The notes beneath the pieces were generated by a model that had not been told where the DNA came from, ran no database searches, and saw nothing but the letters and a program-made list of their open reading frames with translations. From contig CAVTVL010000009.1 in NCBI GenBank assembly GCA_963738095.1, positions 18,124 through 82,123 on the forward strand: 64,000 bases of DNA. The letters run 5' to 3'. This DNA is from Terriglobales bacterium. Its GTDB lineage: Bacteria > Acidobacteriota > Terriglobia > Terriglobales > Acidobacteriaceae. Shown one piece after another: positions 39,999-50,522 of this stretch. Made by a program: the position numbers and the translations under genes. Numbering within the stretch: position 1 is the first letter of the stretch; every line of letters starts with the position of its first letter.

Positions 39999-41303
39999 CT
40001 ACATCTTTCGCTGACTGATTGCGGCAATGAGAAATGCGCCGGGAAATACGAGCACCGCCAACGCCAACGGGCCTGCCTGATGCGATCGAAAATGAACCTC
40101 GGCCCAGACCTTCATATTGGGGGCAAGGAATCCTCCCAGGTTGCCGAGAGCACTGATCATCGCAATACCGCCCGCGGCACCGCTCCCGGAAAGGTAGCCG
40201 GTGGGAAATGTCCAAAAAAGAGGCTGGACAGCAAGAAGGCCAGCGGCGGCAATGCACAGAGCTGATAGCGCGACCAGCGATCCATTCTTTGGTCCGGGCG
40301 CAGCCAGCAGGGAGATTGCCAGGCTCGATGCAAGAAGACAAATGCTTGCGAGCAGGCGATGGCTTCGATATCGGTCTGCAAGACGAGGTAGCCAGAATGT
40401 CGCGATGAGCGAGAAAATCCAAGGAACCGCTGAGACCAGTCCTACGCGCAGCCCTATCGATTCTCCGAGAATCGATGCTATATCTGCAGGCAGATAAAAG
40501 ACGACGCCATAGACCCCGATCTGGATCACGAAATAGATCAAGGCAAATTGCAAAACTCGAAAGCTCCTGAACAACGCAAGAAATGACGCGGGACCATGCG
40601 CCCGCCGTTCTGATTCTTCATACGAGAGTTTTGCCAGCAACGCCCGCTTCTCTGGTTCGGGCAACCAATGCGCGTGATCCGGCTTGTCGTCGAGATACCA
40701 GAATGCAATTAATCCGCCAACAACAGCCAGCAGTCCTTCGACGAGAAACATCCACTGCCATCCCTGGAGATGCAGTCTGCCTTGCATCTGCGGGCCACGA
40801 ATATCGAGCAGCCAGCCGGAAAGCGGTGCCCCAAGAATGAAGGCGAGCGGAACGCCAAGATAAAAGAGCCCCATGATCTGCCCGCGTATCCGGTTCGGGA
40901 ACCAATATGTGAGATATAAGATGACACCGGGGAAGAAGCCTGCTTCCGCAGCGCCAAGCAGAAGGCGCAGAAGACAGAAAGAGACTTTTCCCTTCGAGAA
41001 TAGTGTGGCAGCGGATATCAAGCCCCACGTCACCATAATGCGAGAGAGCCAAATCTTCGCCCCTACTCTGTGCAGGACCATGTTGCTGGGAGTTTCAAAA
41101 AGTGCGTAGGTTAGAAAGAATAGCCCCGCCCCGAGGGCATAAGCGGCCTCTGAAATGCCGGCCGATTGTTGAAGAGCCTCTTTGGCAAATCCGATGTTGG
41201 CGCGATCAAGGAAAGAAACCACATACATGGACAACAGAAAAGGCAACAAGCGCCAGCTAGCACGGGTTGTGGCTTGATTGAGCAGAGACTTAGCAGGATC
41301 CAT
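39999..41303 (-). CDS. MFS transporter, anion:cation symporter (ACS) type
   Basis: WRLLPFL...FLDRANIG, LLGAAEAGFFPG and GWQWMFLVEG motifs; 12 TM segments. Confidence 0.9.
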   Translation of the reverse strand: MDPAKSLLNQATTRASWRLLPFLLSMYVVSFLDRANIGFAKEALQQSAGISEAAYALGAGLFFLTYALFETPSNMVLHRVGAKIWLSRIMVTWGLISAATLFSKGKVSFCLLRLLLGAAEAGFFPGVILYLTYWFPNRIRGQIMGLFYLGVPLAFILGAPLSGWLLDIRGPQMQGRLHLQGWQWMFLVEGLLAVVGGLIAFWYLDDKPDHAHWLPEPEKRALLAKLSYEESERRAHGPASFLALFRSFRVLQFALIYFVIQIGVYGVVFYLPADIASILGESIGLRVGLVSAVPWIFSLIATFWLPRLADRYRSHRLLASICLLASSLAISLLAAPGPKNGSLVALSALCIAAAGLLAVQPLFWTFPTGYLSGSGAAGGIAMISALGNLGGFLAPNMKVWAEVHFRSHQAGPLALAVLVFPGAFLIAAISQRKM

Positions 41304-41715
41304 ACTGATGATCACTGTACAGTGTCACGAAATGAACGCGCAGTCTGCCAATCCGCATGGATGGCCCTGTCTCTCCGAACAGGCAAAAAATACTCGCATT
41401 GACGGCCCGATATCAAGGTGCAGACTCTTCCTCAAAAAATTGGACAGCCAGCAAGTCATCTACGGTGCGTCAGTAGGAAATATGATCCTGGCGTCTCGAG
41501 AGCTTTCTTTCCTGAACCTCGACGAACGATCCGTGGCAGCATTACGAGCTGCGCGGATCGAGCCTATGGCCGCAATCCGTTGCGAGTAACGATGCGTGAA
41601 GCTAACCAGTTGCCGCATCAAGGCAGTATTTATTTGTGAGCGAAGGGGAATGCTGCGCGAGAGCCGGTAGATCGTACCGATTCAAGAGCGTGGATGCATT
41701 CCCCCGTGAACAACT

Positions 41716-44665
41716 CTAAAAATAGAGTTTCAGCGCCAGTCGCAGGATGCGGGGATCGCGATACGACGTCACCTTTCCGAATGTACCCGAGGTGGTCGAA
41801 GTGCCGATCAGATCGGGATTGGTGTGGTTGAAGACGTTGAACGCTTCCGCGCGAAATTGCGTGTTGATGCGCTCGGTGAACTTGATGTTCTTGAACAAAG
41901 AAAGATCACCGCGCCAGAGTCCCGGACCCCGCACGCTGCCGGGGTGGGAGTTGCCCGGTCGCGCTCCGGTGGGGCATGTCGTCACCCCACCGACTGTCGG
42001 GCATACCTGAGCGTATGCCGAGGTGTTGTACCAGGGCTTAATGCCATTGTTGTTGTGAATGGGCCCGCTCGCTGAGCTTGAGGCATTCGGGTTGCCAACC
42101 AGGTCAGGACGCCCGCTGACGGCACTGTTGCCATCCAACACGCCCTGGCCAGCAGGATCATTCAGAACTCCCGTCACTGTATACGGAAGGCCCGTATAGG
42201 TGTTGACGATGCCGGAGACTTCCCAGCCGCCGAGGATGTGTCCTATGGCCCCGGATTGGCTTTGGAAGAACGGCAGGTCGTACACAAAGTTTGCGTTGAA
42301 GACCTGGGTCCTGTCATATCGCGCAGGCCCATATTCTGCCGCGAGGTTGTAAGTGTTCTGCGCCGGGGAAGTGTCGTTGAACGCATTGGTCATCGCTTTT
42401 GAGTAGGTGTAGTTGAAGTTCAGCAGTGAATTTGCTCCGATCCTCTTCTGTAGGGAGACCTGCAGGCCGTTGTAATTGGACATGAAGCTCGTGATCTGAT
42501 CGTTGATCGAGTCATATCCCTTGTATGGGCGAATGAAGTTCAATTGCTGCGTTGTCTTTCCTCGTGTCGGGGGACCAGTTATGCCGTATGGAGCAAGCGC
42601 GGTTACGTATGCGCCAGGAAGCGGCTGGTTCAGATCTACTTCGCCGAGAAGATGCGTTCCGTTGGTTCCAAAGTAGCCAATATCGAACAGCCACTGTGAG
42701 GGGAACTGCCGCTGCACGTCCAGGCTCCACTCCTGCGCATACGGAGTGTGCCAATTTGTTGCGACTGGGGCAAGCGCTGCTGGAAAGTTAGACACCAGAG
42801 CTGTTCCACCGGGGTTATCGAGCGGCGTTGCCCCGAGCGACAGGCTGGTTACAAATGGTGGGTTGGTAAAGACGTTGGTCTCATACCGACTCACTGCCGA
42901 GGAGTCGAAGAACATGCCGTAACCGCCGCGAACGGAGGTCGTGCCTGTTCCAGTAGGATCCCAGGCAAAGCCAAGACGTGGGGCAAAGCTCATGTTGTTC
43001 TGCTTGTTAATAGCATCACCGAAAGGCGAGCCATTGCCGCCAATGACAACGCCATTCAGCGCCGTGCCCGTCCCGGCCAATTGCCCGGTATGCGGATCGA
43101 TTGGCGGAGCGCCGGAAGCGCTGAATGTTCCTGGATTGAAGTTAGTGAGATGACCCCTGGCATCGGTTGGCTGACGGAAGAGCGAATAACGCAAGCCATA
43201 AGTCAGGGTCAGATTTGGACGTACCTGGAACGTGTCCTGCCCATACATTTCCCATTGCTGTTGCCGGATTACAGCGCGAAAGTCTGCCGATGCCTGAGTG
43301 AAGGAACTCGTGTTGCCCGTCAGGAAATTCGCCCACTCCTGATATTCGCTGCTCGTGCCAGTCGGAGCAGCAGTCGGAAAGGCGAAAGCGCCCTGGTTGC
43401 CAGTCGCGGAGTTTTCATCCTTCTGATACCAATGGTAGCTCACGCCGAACTTCAGCGCGTGGCGTCCCACGATCTTCGAAAGATGATCGAAGGCGTTGTT
43501 GTCGTCATTGAAGTCGCGATACTGGCCGCGGTCCGTAATACTGGAAAAGAAAGTGTAGGTGAGTTTGGGCGCAACGTTGACGGTTGAAGCATAAGGAAGG
43601 TTGACAGCCGAAATGATGTCCGGCGAATTATTCGCGGAGGTCAATCCGATTGGCGAACTCAGAATGCCGCCATGAGAGTAGTTGTAGCCGGCGTCGTTAA
43701 TGAGCGTAGGCGAGATGGCGTTCGTAGTGTGAATCGAGAAGATACGTCCAGGTGATTGTGTGGATGAAGTGGATGCACCTGGTATAGGACTGCCTATAAA
43801 TAGGCCTCCCGGCTCCGTAGTCGGGATCGTGTCATTTTCAAAGCGTCCGAAGATTCTGAATTTCGGGCTGAAAACCTGATCGATGCGCACGATCTCCTGA
43901 TGCATGTTGAAGATGTTGCGGCCGATTGTAGTCAATGTGCATCCTTTCGTGCAGTTGGGATCATCGGGCGGAGGCAACTTGCTGAAAATATCGGTCAGAT
44001 ACGCCTGTGCGGCGGGAGAAACGGACGTTACCTGGTTGCCCATTTGCAGGCAGGTCCCTCCGGGCGCGCTCCAAAGTACGCAGACAGGTTTAGCAGAAGC
44101 TGAGAGATCGCCGTGAAGTTCAGCGGTACTTGGGACGTCGGCAAGGAAGTTTGTATACGTGATGACACGCCGTGCTTCTTCAGAGAAGAAAAAGAATGTA
44201 CGGTCCCGCCAAATGGGGCCGCCTACGTTCCGCCAAAATCGTTGTAGCGCAGCGGTGGAATCTTGATGTGGTTCCTGTTGTTCTGATAGGTATTGGCGTC
44301 CAGCACGTCGTTACGGAAGAACTCGTACACATCTCCATGGAACTGGTTCGTGCCAGCGCTTGTGATGACATTGATCTGTCCGCTGGAACTTCGTCCGAAC
44401 TCTGCGTTGTAGTTACCGCGCTGTACGGAAAACTCTGCGATGGAATCGACGCTGGGATAGGCAAGCAGCGTAAGGTTAGCACCGCGATCCACATTGTCCG
44501 CGCCATCGATATTCCAAGTATTCTGTGTCGGGCGGCTACCATTGATAGCGAAATTAATCTGGTTCGATGTGCCAACCGGGTTGCTGGCGCCGACATAAAT
44601 CTGATCGGAGTCGAGGCCAGTGGATACACCTGGCATTAGCGATACGAGCTGTTCATAGTTGCGGG
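41716..44665 (-). pseudogene. Oar-like TonB-dependent receptor, 5'-truncated by IS30 copy 2 and frameshifted near 44226
   Basis: RNYEQLVSLMPGV...AEFGRSSSGQINVITSAGTNQFHGDVYEFFRN...FRAEAFNVFNHTN...RILRLALKLYF. One missing base at FGGT/VGGPI; signal peptide and N-terminal domain absent. Confidence 0.88.
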
Positions 44666-45895
44666 GGCGGTCTCAACCGGTGGACGCAACACTGGCTTGG
44701 AGTTTACTCGCTGGAGTTGCAAAGTTCAAAGTCTTGCGCGGGCGTTGATTGAGGCGCAGGGCTACCTTGTCGAGGTCGGCTTGGGAGTAGCCGGACAAGT
44801 CGGTTTTCCTGGGGAAGTACTGTCGCAGTAGCCCGTTGGTGTTTTCGTTGGTGCCGCGTTGCCAGGGGCTCTGCGGATCACAGAAGTAGACGTTCACCTT
44901 CGTGGCCACGGTGAAGCTCTTGTGTTTGGCCATCTCCAACCCTCGGTCCCAGGTCAACGAGCGCCTCAGAGACGCGGGGAGTTTACGAACCTGCCGGGTG
45001 AGCGCATCCACTACGGTCGCTGTGTCCTTGCTGGACACTTTGACCAGGATAGTGAAACGCGAATGTCGTTCCACCAGGGTTGCGATGTGACTGTTGCCGG
45101 TGCCGCTGAGCAGATCTCCCTCCCAATGACCAGGGATGGCACGATCTTCAATTTCTGCAGGCCTCTCGCTGATGGAGATGGCATCGACGATCTGACCGCG
45201 GGACTGTCCGCCAGCTGGAGCGTGCACTGAGCGACGGATAGATCGCTTGGACCGCAGCTGTTGAATCAGTTCTTTTTTCAGCACCCCTCGAGCCTGGATG
45301 AATAAGCTGCGGTAGATAGTCTCGTGGGACACGCGCATGCTCTCGTTGCGGAGATACCGTCTCTTCCACCAACCTGAAATCTGTTCCGGCGACCCGTCCA
45401 GGATCAGTTTACTGGCCACGATCATCCGCAGCTTGCTGTGCCTGGCAAGCAGGCAGGCCTTGGGCCGTTGAGCTAACTTCCAGGCCCGATGATCGGCTTC
45501 ACTGGCTCGATACAGTGGACGCCCGCCGTGACGCGCCACCTCCCGGCTCACCGTCGACGCAGCCCGCTGAAGTCCTCTGGCGATCTTCCGTATCGACGAA
45601 CCGGAAGCAATGCCTCGTGAGATGTCTTCCCGTTCCGCCAACGTAAGCGATCGCAGAGAGCGCCGACGAACGGCTGGAACAATCCCGCCGTGCTGCGATA
45701 ACAAGAACTGAATCGAGCCATGGTCCTTGCCAAAGGCGCGGCCAATCTCGTGCCATGACTCACCCGCCTTCCAGCGTCGCCAAATCTCAGCCTTCTGCTC
45801 CGCAGAAAGCCCATACCGTCTCCCTTGTCTCATCAACACCACCTCTAAAAAATGATCTAAATCAGATGATGTTGCATCCACCCGTTGAGACCGCC
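44666..45895 (-). mobile_element. IS30-family insertion sequence, copy 2 (1230 bp)
   Basis: Same terminal IRs and length as 2129-3358; at least five substitutions between the copies. Confidence 0.93.
44673..45833 (-). CDS. IS30-family transposase
   Basis: Near-identical to 2136-3296, DDE motifs intact. Confidence 0.95.
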   Translation of the reverse strand: MRQGRRYGLSAEQKAEIWRRWKAGESWHEIGRAFGKDHGSIQFLLSQHGGIVPAVRRRSLRSLTLAEREDISRGIASGSSIRKIARGLQRAASTVSREVARHGGRPLYRASEADHRAWKLAQRPKACLLARHSKLRMIVASKLILDGSPEQISGWWKRRYLRNESMRVSHETIYRSLFIQARGVLKKELIQQLRSKRSIRRSVHAPAGGQSRGQIVDAISISERPAEIEDRAIPGHWEGDLLSGTGNSHIATLVERHSRFTILVKVSSKDTATVVDALTRQVRKLPASLRRSLTWDRGLEMAKHKSFTVATKVNVYFCDPQSPWQRGTNENTNGLLRQYFPRKTDLSGYSQADLDKVALRLNQRPRKTLNFATPASKLQASVASTG

Positions 45896-46141
45896 CCGTT
45901 TTTGAGTAAGTTCACTGCTCGACATTCATTGCGTGGGCAGCTACCGAAATGGGGAATTTTCGAGAGACTCGGAATCAACTTACGATAGCCGGTTTCCCGG
46001 AAACTTGCCGCAGACACAGATCGATCTGAATGAGTGATAGGCCTACAACCTACTATCACCAAAGCATGTACAAACAAAGCATCGTCAATTGTGAGCAGAG
46101 CGCCACTATTTCTGCGTCAATAACTACAGATACGGCCCTAA

Positions 46142-48836
46142 TTATTCGGCTCGAAGCGCTTCGACGGGATCGACAGCAGCGGTGCGGCGCGCCGGCAGAT
46201 AGCTTGCCAGTGCCGCTGCAGCAACCAGAACAACCGGTACGGCTGTGAACGTGACCGGATCGAGCGGACTGATGCCAAACAATAGCGTTCGCATGAGGCG
46301 CATGAGTGCGGCTGCCGCGCCAAGGCCAATAGCAGTGCCAACGCCGGTAAGCACCAACGCTGAGCGAACGAACATCCAGAGCAAGCTCGCTCTTGTTCGC
46401 GCCCAGCGCCATGCGGATGCCGATCTCGCGCGTGCGCTGCGAGACCGCATACGAGATCACTCCGTAGATGCCGAGGATGCCGAGAGCCAGCGCCATCGTT
46501 CCGGCAATGGCCAGCATGACGAGCGTGAACGAGGTGCGCGCCATGGATTCGCTATAGATATCCTGCATGGTGCTGATGGATGCCACCGGCAGATTCGAAT
46601 TCACCGACCAGACGGCCTGCTGCATCTCGTTGATGAAGGCTTGCGTCCCGGCGCGACTGCTGCGCATCGCGAAAGTAGACGGTGCGCCTTGCATCGAAAG
46701 ATCCAGGACCGTAGAGATCATGCATCAGCGAAGGCCAGTACACGGTTGCGGGCGAGATCTGATCGACACCGTTCTCGCGCACATCCTGGACCACCCCGAT
46801 AACTTCATGCCACGGCATGCTGGGAAATTCGCGGAAGCGCTTGCCGATCGCCGCGCTGGGCGATCCCCATAGCTCGCGGGCCAGGCTCTCAGACAACATG
46901 CCCACCGGTCTCAGGCCGTAAATGTCCGTCCATGCAAAATCACGCCCTGCAACGAGTCTTCGTGCCGGCGGTATGGAAATAGCCCGGCGAGACATAGTTG
47001 AACAGGCGCAAGGGCGGCTTCTTCGCCTGCATAGTTTTTTCCTTCGATGAAGATGTCGTCCCAGTTCGGTTCGGCTCCGCTCATGGGAACGGAAGCGGCG
47101 AAGCCCGCGGAGGAAACCCCGGGAATCGCGGCAAGCTTGTCCTGGATGCTGTTCTGAATCCGCAGGACCGTCTGCGGATCGCGAACCAGCGTCTCCGGAA
47201 TCGAAATGCGCATCACCTGCAGCGATGCGGGATCGGAGAAGCCCGGATCGACGTTGCGCATCGCATCGAAGGTACGGATCATCAGCACCGCGCTGATGAG
47301 CAGCACCAGCGCCATCGCTACCTGCGCCACGACCAGCAGGTTGCGTCCGCGCTGCCGCTCGCGGCTCACGCTTGCCGTTCGCATCGCGCCGATCAGCGGC
47401 ACGGCTTGCCGCGAAGGAGCGTAGCGCAGCACCGGAATAGAGCCGAATAGCAGTCCGGAGAGCACCGATAGGATCAGGGTGAATGCGAGCGATCGGCCGT
47501 CGAGCGAGATCTCGCTCAGACGCGGCAGATTCTCCGGCCCAATCGCCGTCAACAGGCCGCAGTCCCGCATACGCAACTCCCATGCCGACTGCGCCGCCTA
47601 ACAGTCCAAGCGTAACGCTCTCCAGCAGCAACTCGCGGGCAATCCGCCATCGTCCCGCGCCAAGCGCCGAGCGCACCGCAAGCTCGTGCTGGCGCCCATC
47701 GGCGCGTACCAGCAGCAGGTTGGCCACGTTGGTGCACGCAATCAGCATCACCACGCCGATCGTCGCCATCACCACCCACAGCACGTTGCCGACGCTGCCG
47801 ACCACTTGGTCCTTCAAAGGCCGAAGCGCCGGCGTAATCTTCCAGGTCTGATAAAAGTGCGGATCGATGCCTGGACCGTTCGTCCACGAGTCCATCCATA
47901 CATTGAGCAGACGCGCCACATCGGCATCGGCCTGCGAGATCGTAACGCCCGGCCGGAGCCGCGCGATGCCGCGGTATGCAAAACCAGCCAGCATCTGCTT
48001 GACCGGATCGAAGGCCAGCGGCACCAGCAGATCGAAGTCGTAATTGACCACCTTGAATCCGCGCGGCATCACGCCCGCGATCTCACGCGGTCTGGGAGTC
48101 GACGCTGATGGTGCGGCCCACCACACTCGGATCGCCACCGAAGCGCCGCTGCCAGTATCCATAACTCAGCATCACCCGCTGCGCTCCGCGTGGGTCCTGG
48201 TCTGCTGCAGTAAGCCATTGTCCGGTGGCGGCAGGCACATCGAGCGTCTGAAGAACGCCATCCGTAATCATCGCCGTGTTGACTTGCTCCGGCTGTGCGA
48301 TTCCCGTGATGCTTGCAGTTCCAGGCAGCCACACGCCCACCGATTGGAAGCTACGGTTATGCGCGGCGAAGGTGAGATACATCGAGGCCGACAAGCGCAG
48401 TTCATCCCGGAAATCGGCCAGCCCGGGCGCGCCCGGGGCGTTCAGGTGCATCGAAACCAGTTGCTCCGGTTCAGGGTAAGGCAGCGGCCGGATCAGCACG
48501 CTGTTGAGCACACTGAACACAGCGGTATTCGCTCCGATGCCGATGGCCAGCGTGAGTACCACGGTAATCGCGAATGCCGGCGATCGCCTCAGCCGGCGGC
48601 ACACATGCTTCAGATCCACCACCAGCGATTCGAGTTTCTGCCACTGCCACACTTCACGGCTCCGCTCCTGGAGGAGTGTCACATTGCCAAAATCGCGGCG
48701 AGCGGTTCGTTCGGCCTCATCGCGCGACATGCCGTCTTCCATCAATTCGTCGATCCGCTCGTCGAGGTGCTCCTAGAATCGAGACAGAGATGTCGTCGTA
48801 GCGGCGACTGCCTCAGGAAGAAATGGGAGAAGACAT
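46142..48836 (-). pseudogene. ADOP-type duplicated ABC permease (MacB/FtsX repeats), multiply frameshifted
   Basis: Fragments in changing frames: [84 protein letters not shown]. Confidence 0.88.
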
Positions 48837-48863
48837 GACTGAGATCGCGACAATCCACACCTC

Positions 48864-49208
48864 CTATGCTTTGGCTGCGGCAAGCACACGGGTAAAACCG
48901 GCAAACATCTTCTCGAAACTGACCACTTCTTTTTCGAGATGACGAATGCCTGCATCCGTGAGCCGATAAATCCGCGTTGGTCGACCCTTGGCAGAAGTCC
49001 CCGTCTCCGCTGTCAGCCAGCCTTCCTTCAGCATTCGCTGCAGTGCCGGATAGAGCGAGCCTTCTTCCACCTGAAGCAGGTCGTCGGAAACCCGCTTGAT
49101 GTGCTTCACCAGCGCATAGCCATGCATGGGCTTCAGCCGCAGCGATTGCAGAATCATGATCTCCAGTGCACCAGGGAAAAGGTCGCGATATTCGGGGTTC
49201 TTCGCCAT
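48864..49208 (-). CDS. PadR-family transcriptional regulator (acidobacterial type)
   Basis: PMHGYAL...VEEGSLYPALQRM...YRLTDAG; directly upstream of the ADOP permease. Confidence 0.92.
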   Translation of the reverse strand: MAKNPEYRDLFPGALEIMILQSLRLKPMHGYALVKHIKRVSDDLLQVEEGSLYPALQRMLKEGWLTAETGTSAKGRPTRIYRLTDAGIRHLEKEVVSFEKMFAGFTRVLAAAKA

Positions 49209-49228
49209 CCCAATGTTATAGGGGTAAA

Positions 49229-49251
49229 ATACCTATTTTGAACATAGGTAT
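49229..49251. promoter_or_regulatory. Putative PadR operator
   Basis: ATACCTAT-N7-ATAGGTAT palindrome 21 bp upstream of the padR start. Confidence 0.55.
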
Positions 49252-49285
49252 GCCCAGATAAGAATCCGATCAGCTCAAAGTGCCG

Positions 49286-50083
49286 TTAGGGATTGTTGTC
49301 TGTCGTGCCACTGGTCGGCGAAGACTCAGGAATAAGGCGCAGCTTTCTGTTAATGCTCGGCCAGTATTGCCGTAGCAGATTCCCGCCAAATTTCCATCCC
49401 AGGTCAGAAGCATAGCGGGTGAAGGTGTCGCCGACAGTGCGGTTTTCGTCCGGATAGTAGGCATTGGCGAGTCCTTCGCCCATCAATGGGCCGATCAGGC
49501 CCGAATAATTGACTTCCTTCACGCCCGAGTCGCTCCGCGTGATGAACACTCTGACGGCGGCATACTCCGAAGATTGCTTAAACGACAGATTCTTTTTCAC
49601 ATAAAACCGCGGGTCCTGATGCAAAGCAGACGCCAATAGAAAGGTTCCGAACATGTTGTCCGATGCGGCACGGGCCATGTCTGCCCCGAAGCGCTTCCCA
49701 TACCCTTCCGCACCCTGGTGATAACCCGAGGGACTATTGATCGCCTGGCCGTACGCTGCGCTGATCGCCGCTGCCCCAATCGTCGACAGTGCCACGCTGT
49801 TGTTTGCCGCCAGTTCGAACTTTTGCTTACTGCTCAACGGTCCCCCGGTGGTGGCGAGGTCGGGAAACACCAGAGATTTCCGCAGCAGCAGTTTGAAGAT
49901 TCCTACGCTGCCCTGTATTGGATTGGCCGTCTGTGTCGTTGTCGGCGATTGTTGGGCTTGAGAGGGCGCATCCGGCAGGGAATCAGATCGCGATTGTTGC
50001 GCGATGCCGCCAGTGCACACCATTAGGCACGGGATGGCCGCGAGGATCAGGCGAAGCACGACACGTCTCCGCGTGAGCTTCAT
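49286..50083 (-). CDS. Secreted or membrane hypothetical protein of acidobacterial type
   Basis: Signal peptide, LPDAPS linker, YHQGAEGYGKRFGA, LHQDPRF and ANAYYP segments. Confidence 0.7.
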   Translation of the reverse strand: MKLTRRRVVLRLILAAIPCLMVCTGGIAQQSRSDSLPDAPSQAQQSPTTTQTANPIQGSVGIFKLLLRKSLVFPDLATTGGPLSSKQKFELAANNSVALSTIGAAAISAAYGQAINSPSGYHQGAEGYGKRFGADMARAASDNMFGTFLLASALHQDPRFYVKKNLSFKQSSEYAAVRVFITRSDSGVKEVNYSGLIGPLMGEGLANAYYPDENRTVGDTFTRYASDLGWKFGGNLLRQYWPSINRKLRLIPESSPTSGTTDNNP

Positions 50084-50522
50084 GGCTGAAGATACGGAGG
50101 TTGGTAGGTTATGGCAGAGAGAAGCGGGGCGATGATATCAATATGAGTTGCAGTCCATCTGATTGGTGTCATGGCACTATATTAATGATATTTACAGTAA
50201 GTCGTTCCGAACGATCTGACAATTACAACGCATGGATTGATCAACGAACCCCTTTTCATGTTTTAGGATGTTCGCACCGGTTGCGGTAAAGAGTACTTTG
50301 GTACTTTACTTCCCCTTTCCCATTCATTCCCATGAATTCCGAGATGTTTCGGAAGATGCCTATCTTGCAGTGGCTTCGATCACCTTTCGCAGAAAACGAA
50401 TTTCTTCAACCGACGATACCAGCGGAATCGTGATTTTGGTTGTGTTCCGGACCAATGATCACGGGCTTATCTTCGATAAGTCTGGCGCCAAATTGCGATA
50501 CATCCTTGCCAGGTCGGCAAAC

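Noticed and set aside
39940-40422. Long N-terminal extension of the TetR ORF
   Set aside because: Out-of-frame overlap with the MFS gene; the HTH begins right after the ATG at 39939.
46034-46059. GTGATAG-N12-CTATCAC inverted repeat resembling tetO half-sites
   Set aside because: Orientation and spacing differ from tetO, arms are only 7 bp, and there is no associated gene start.
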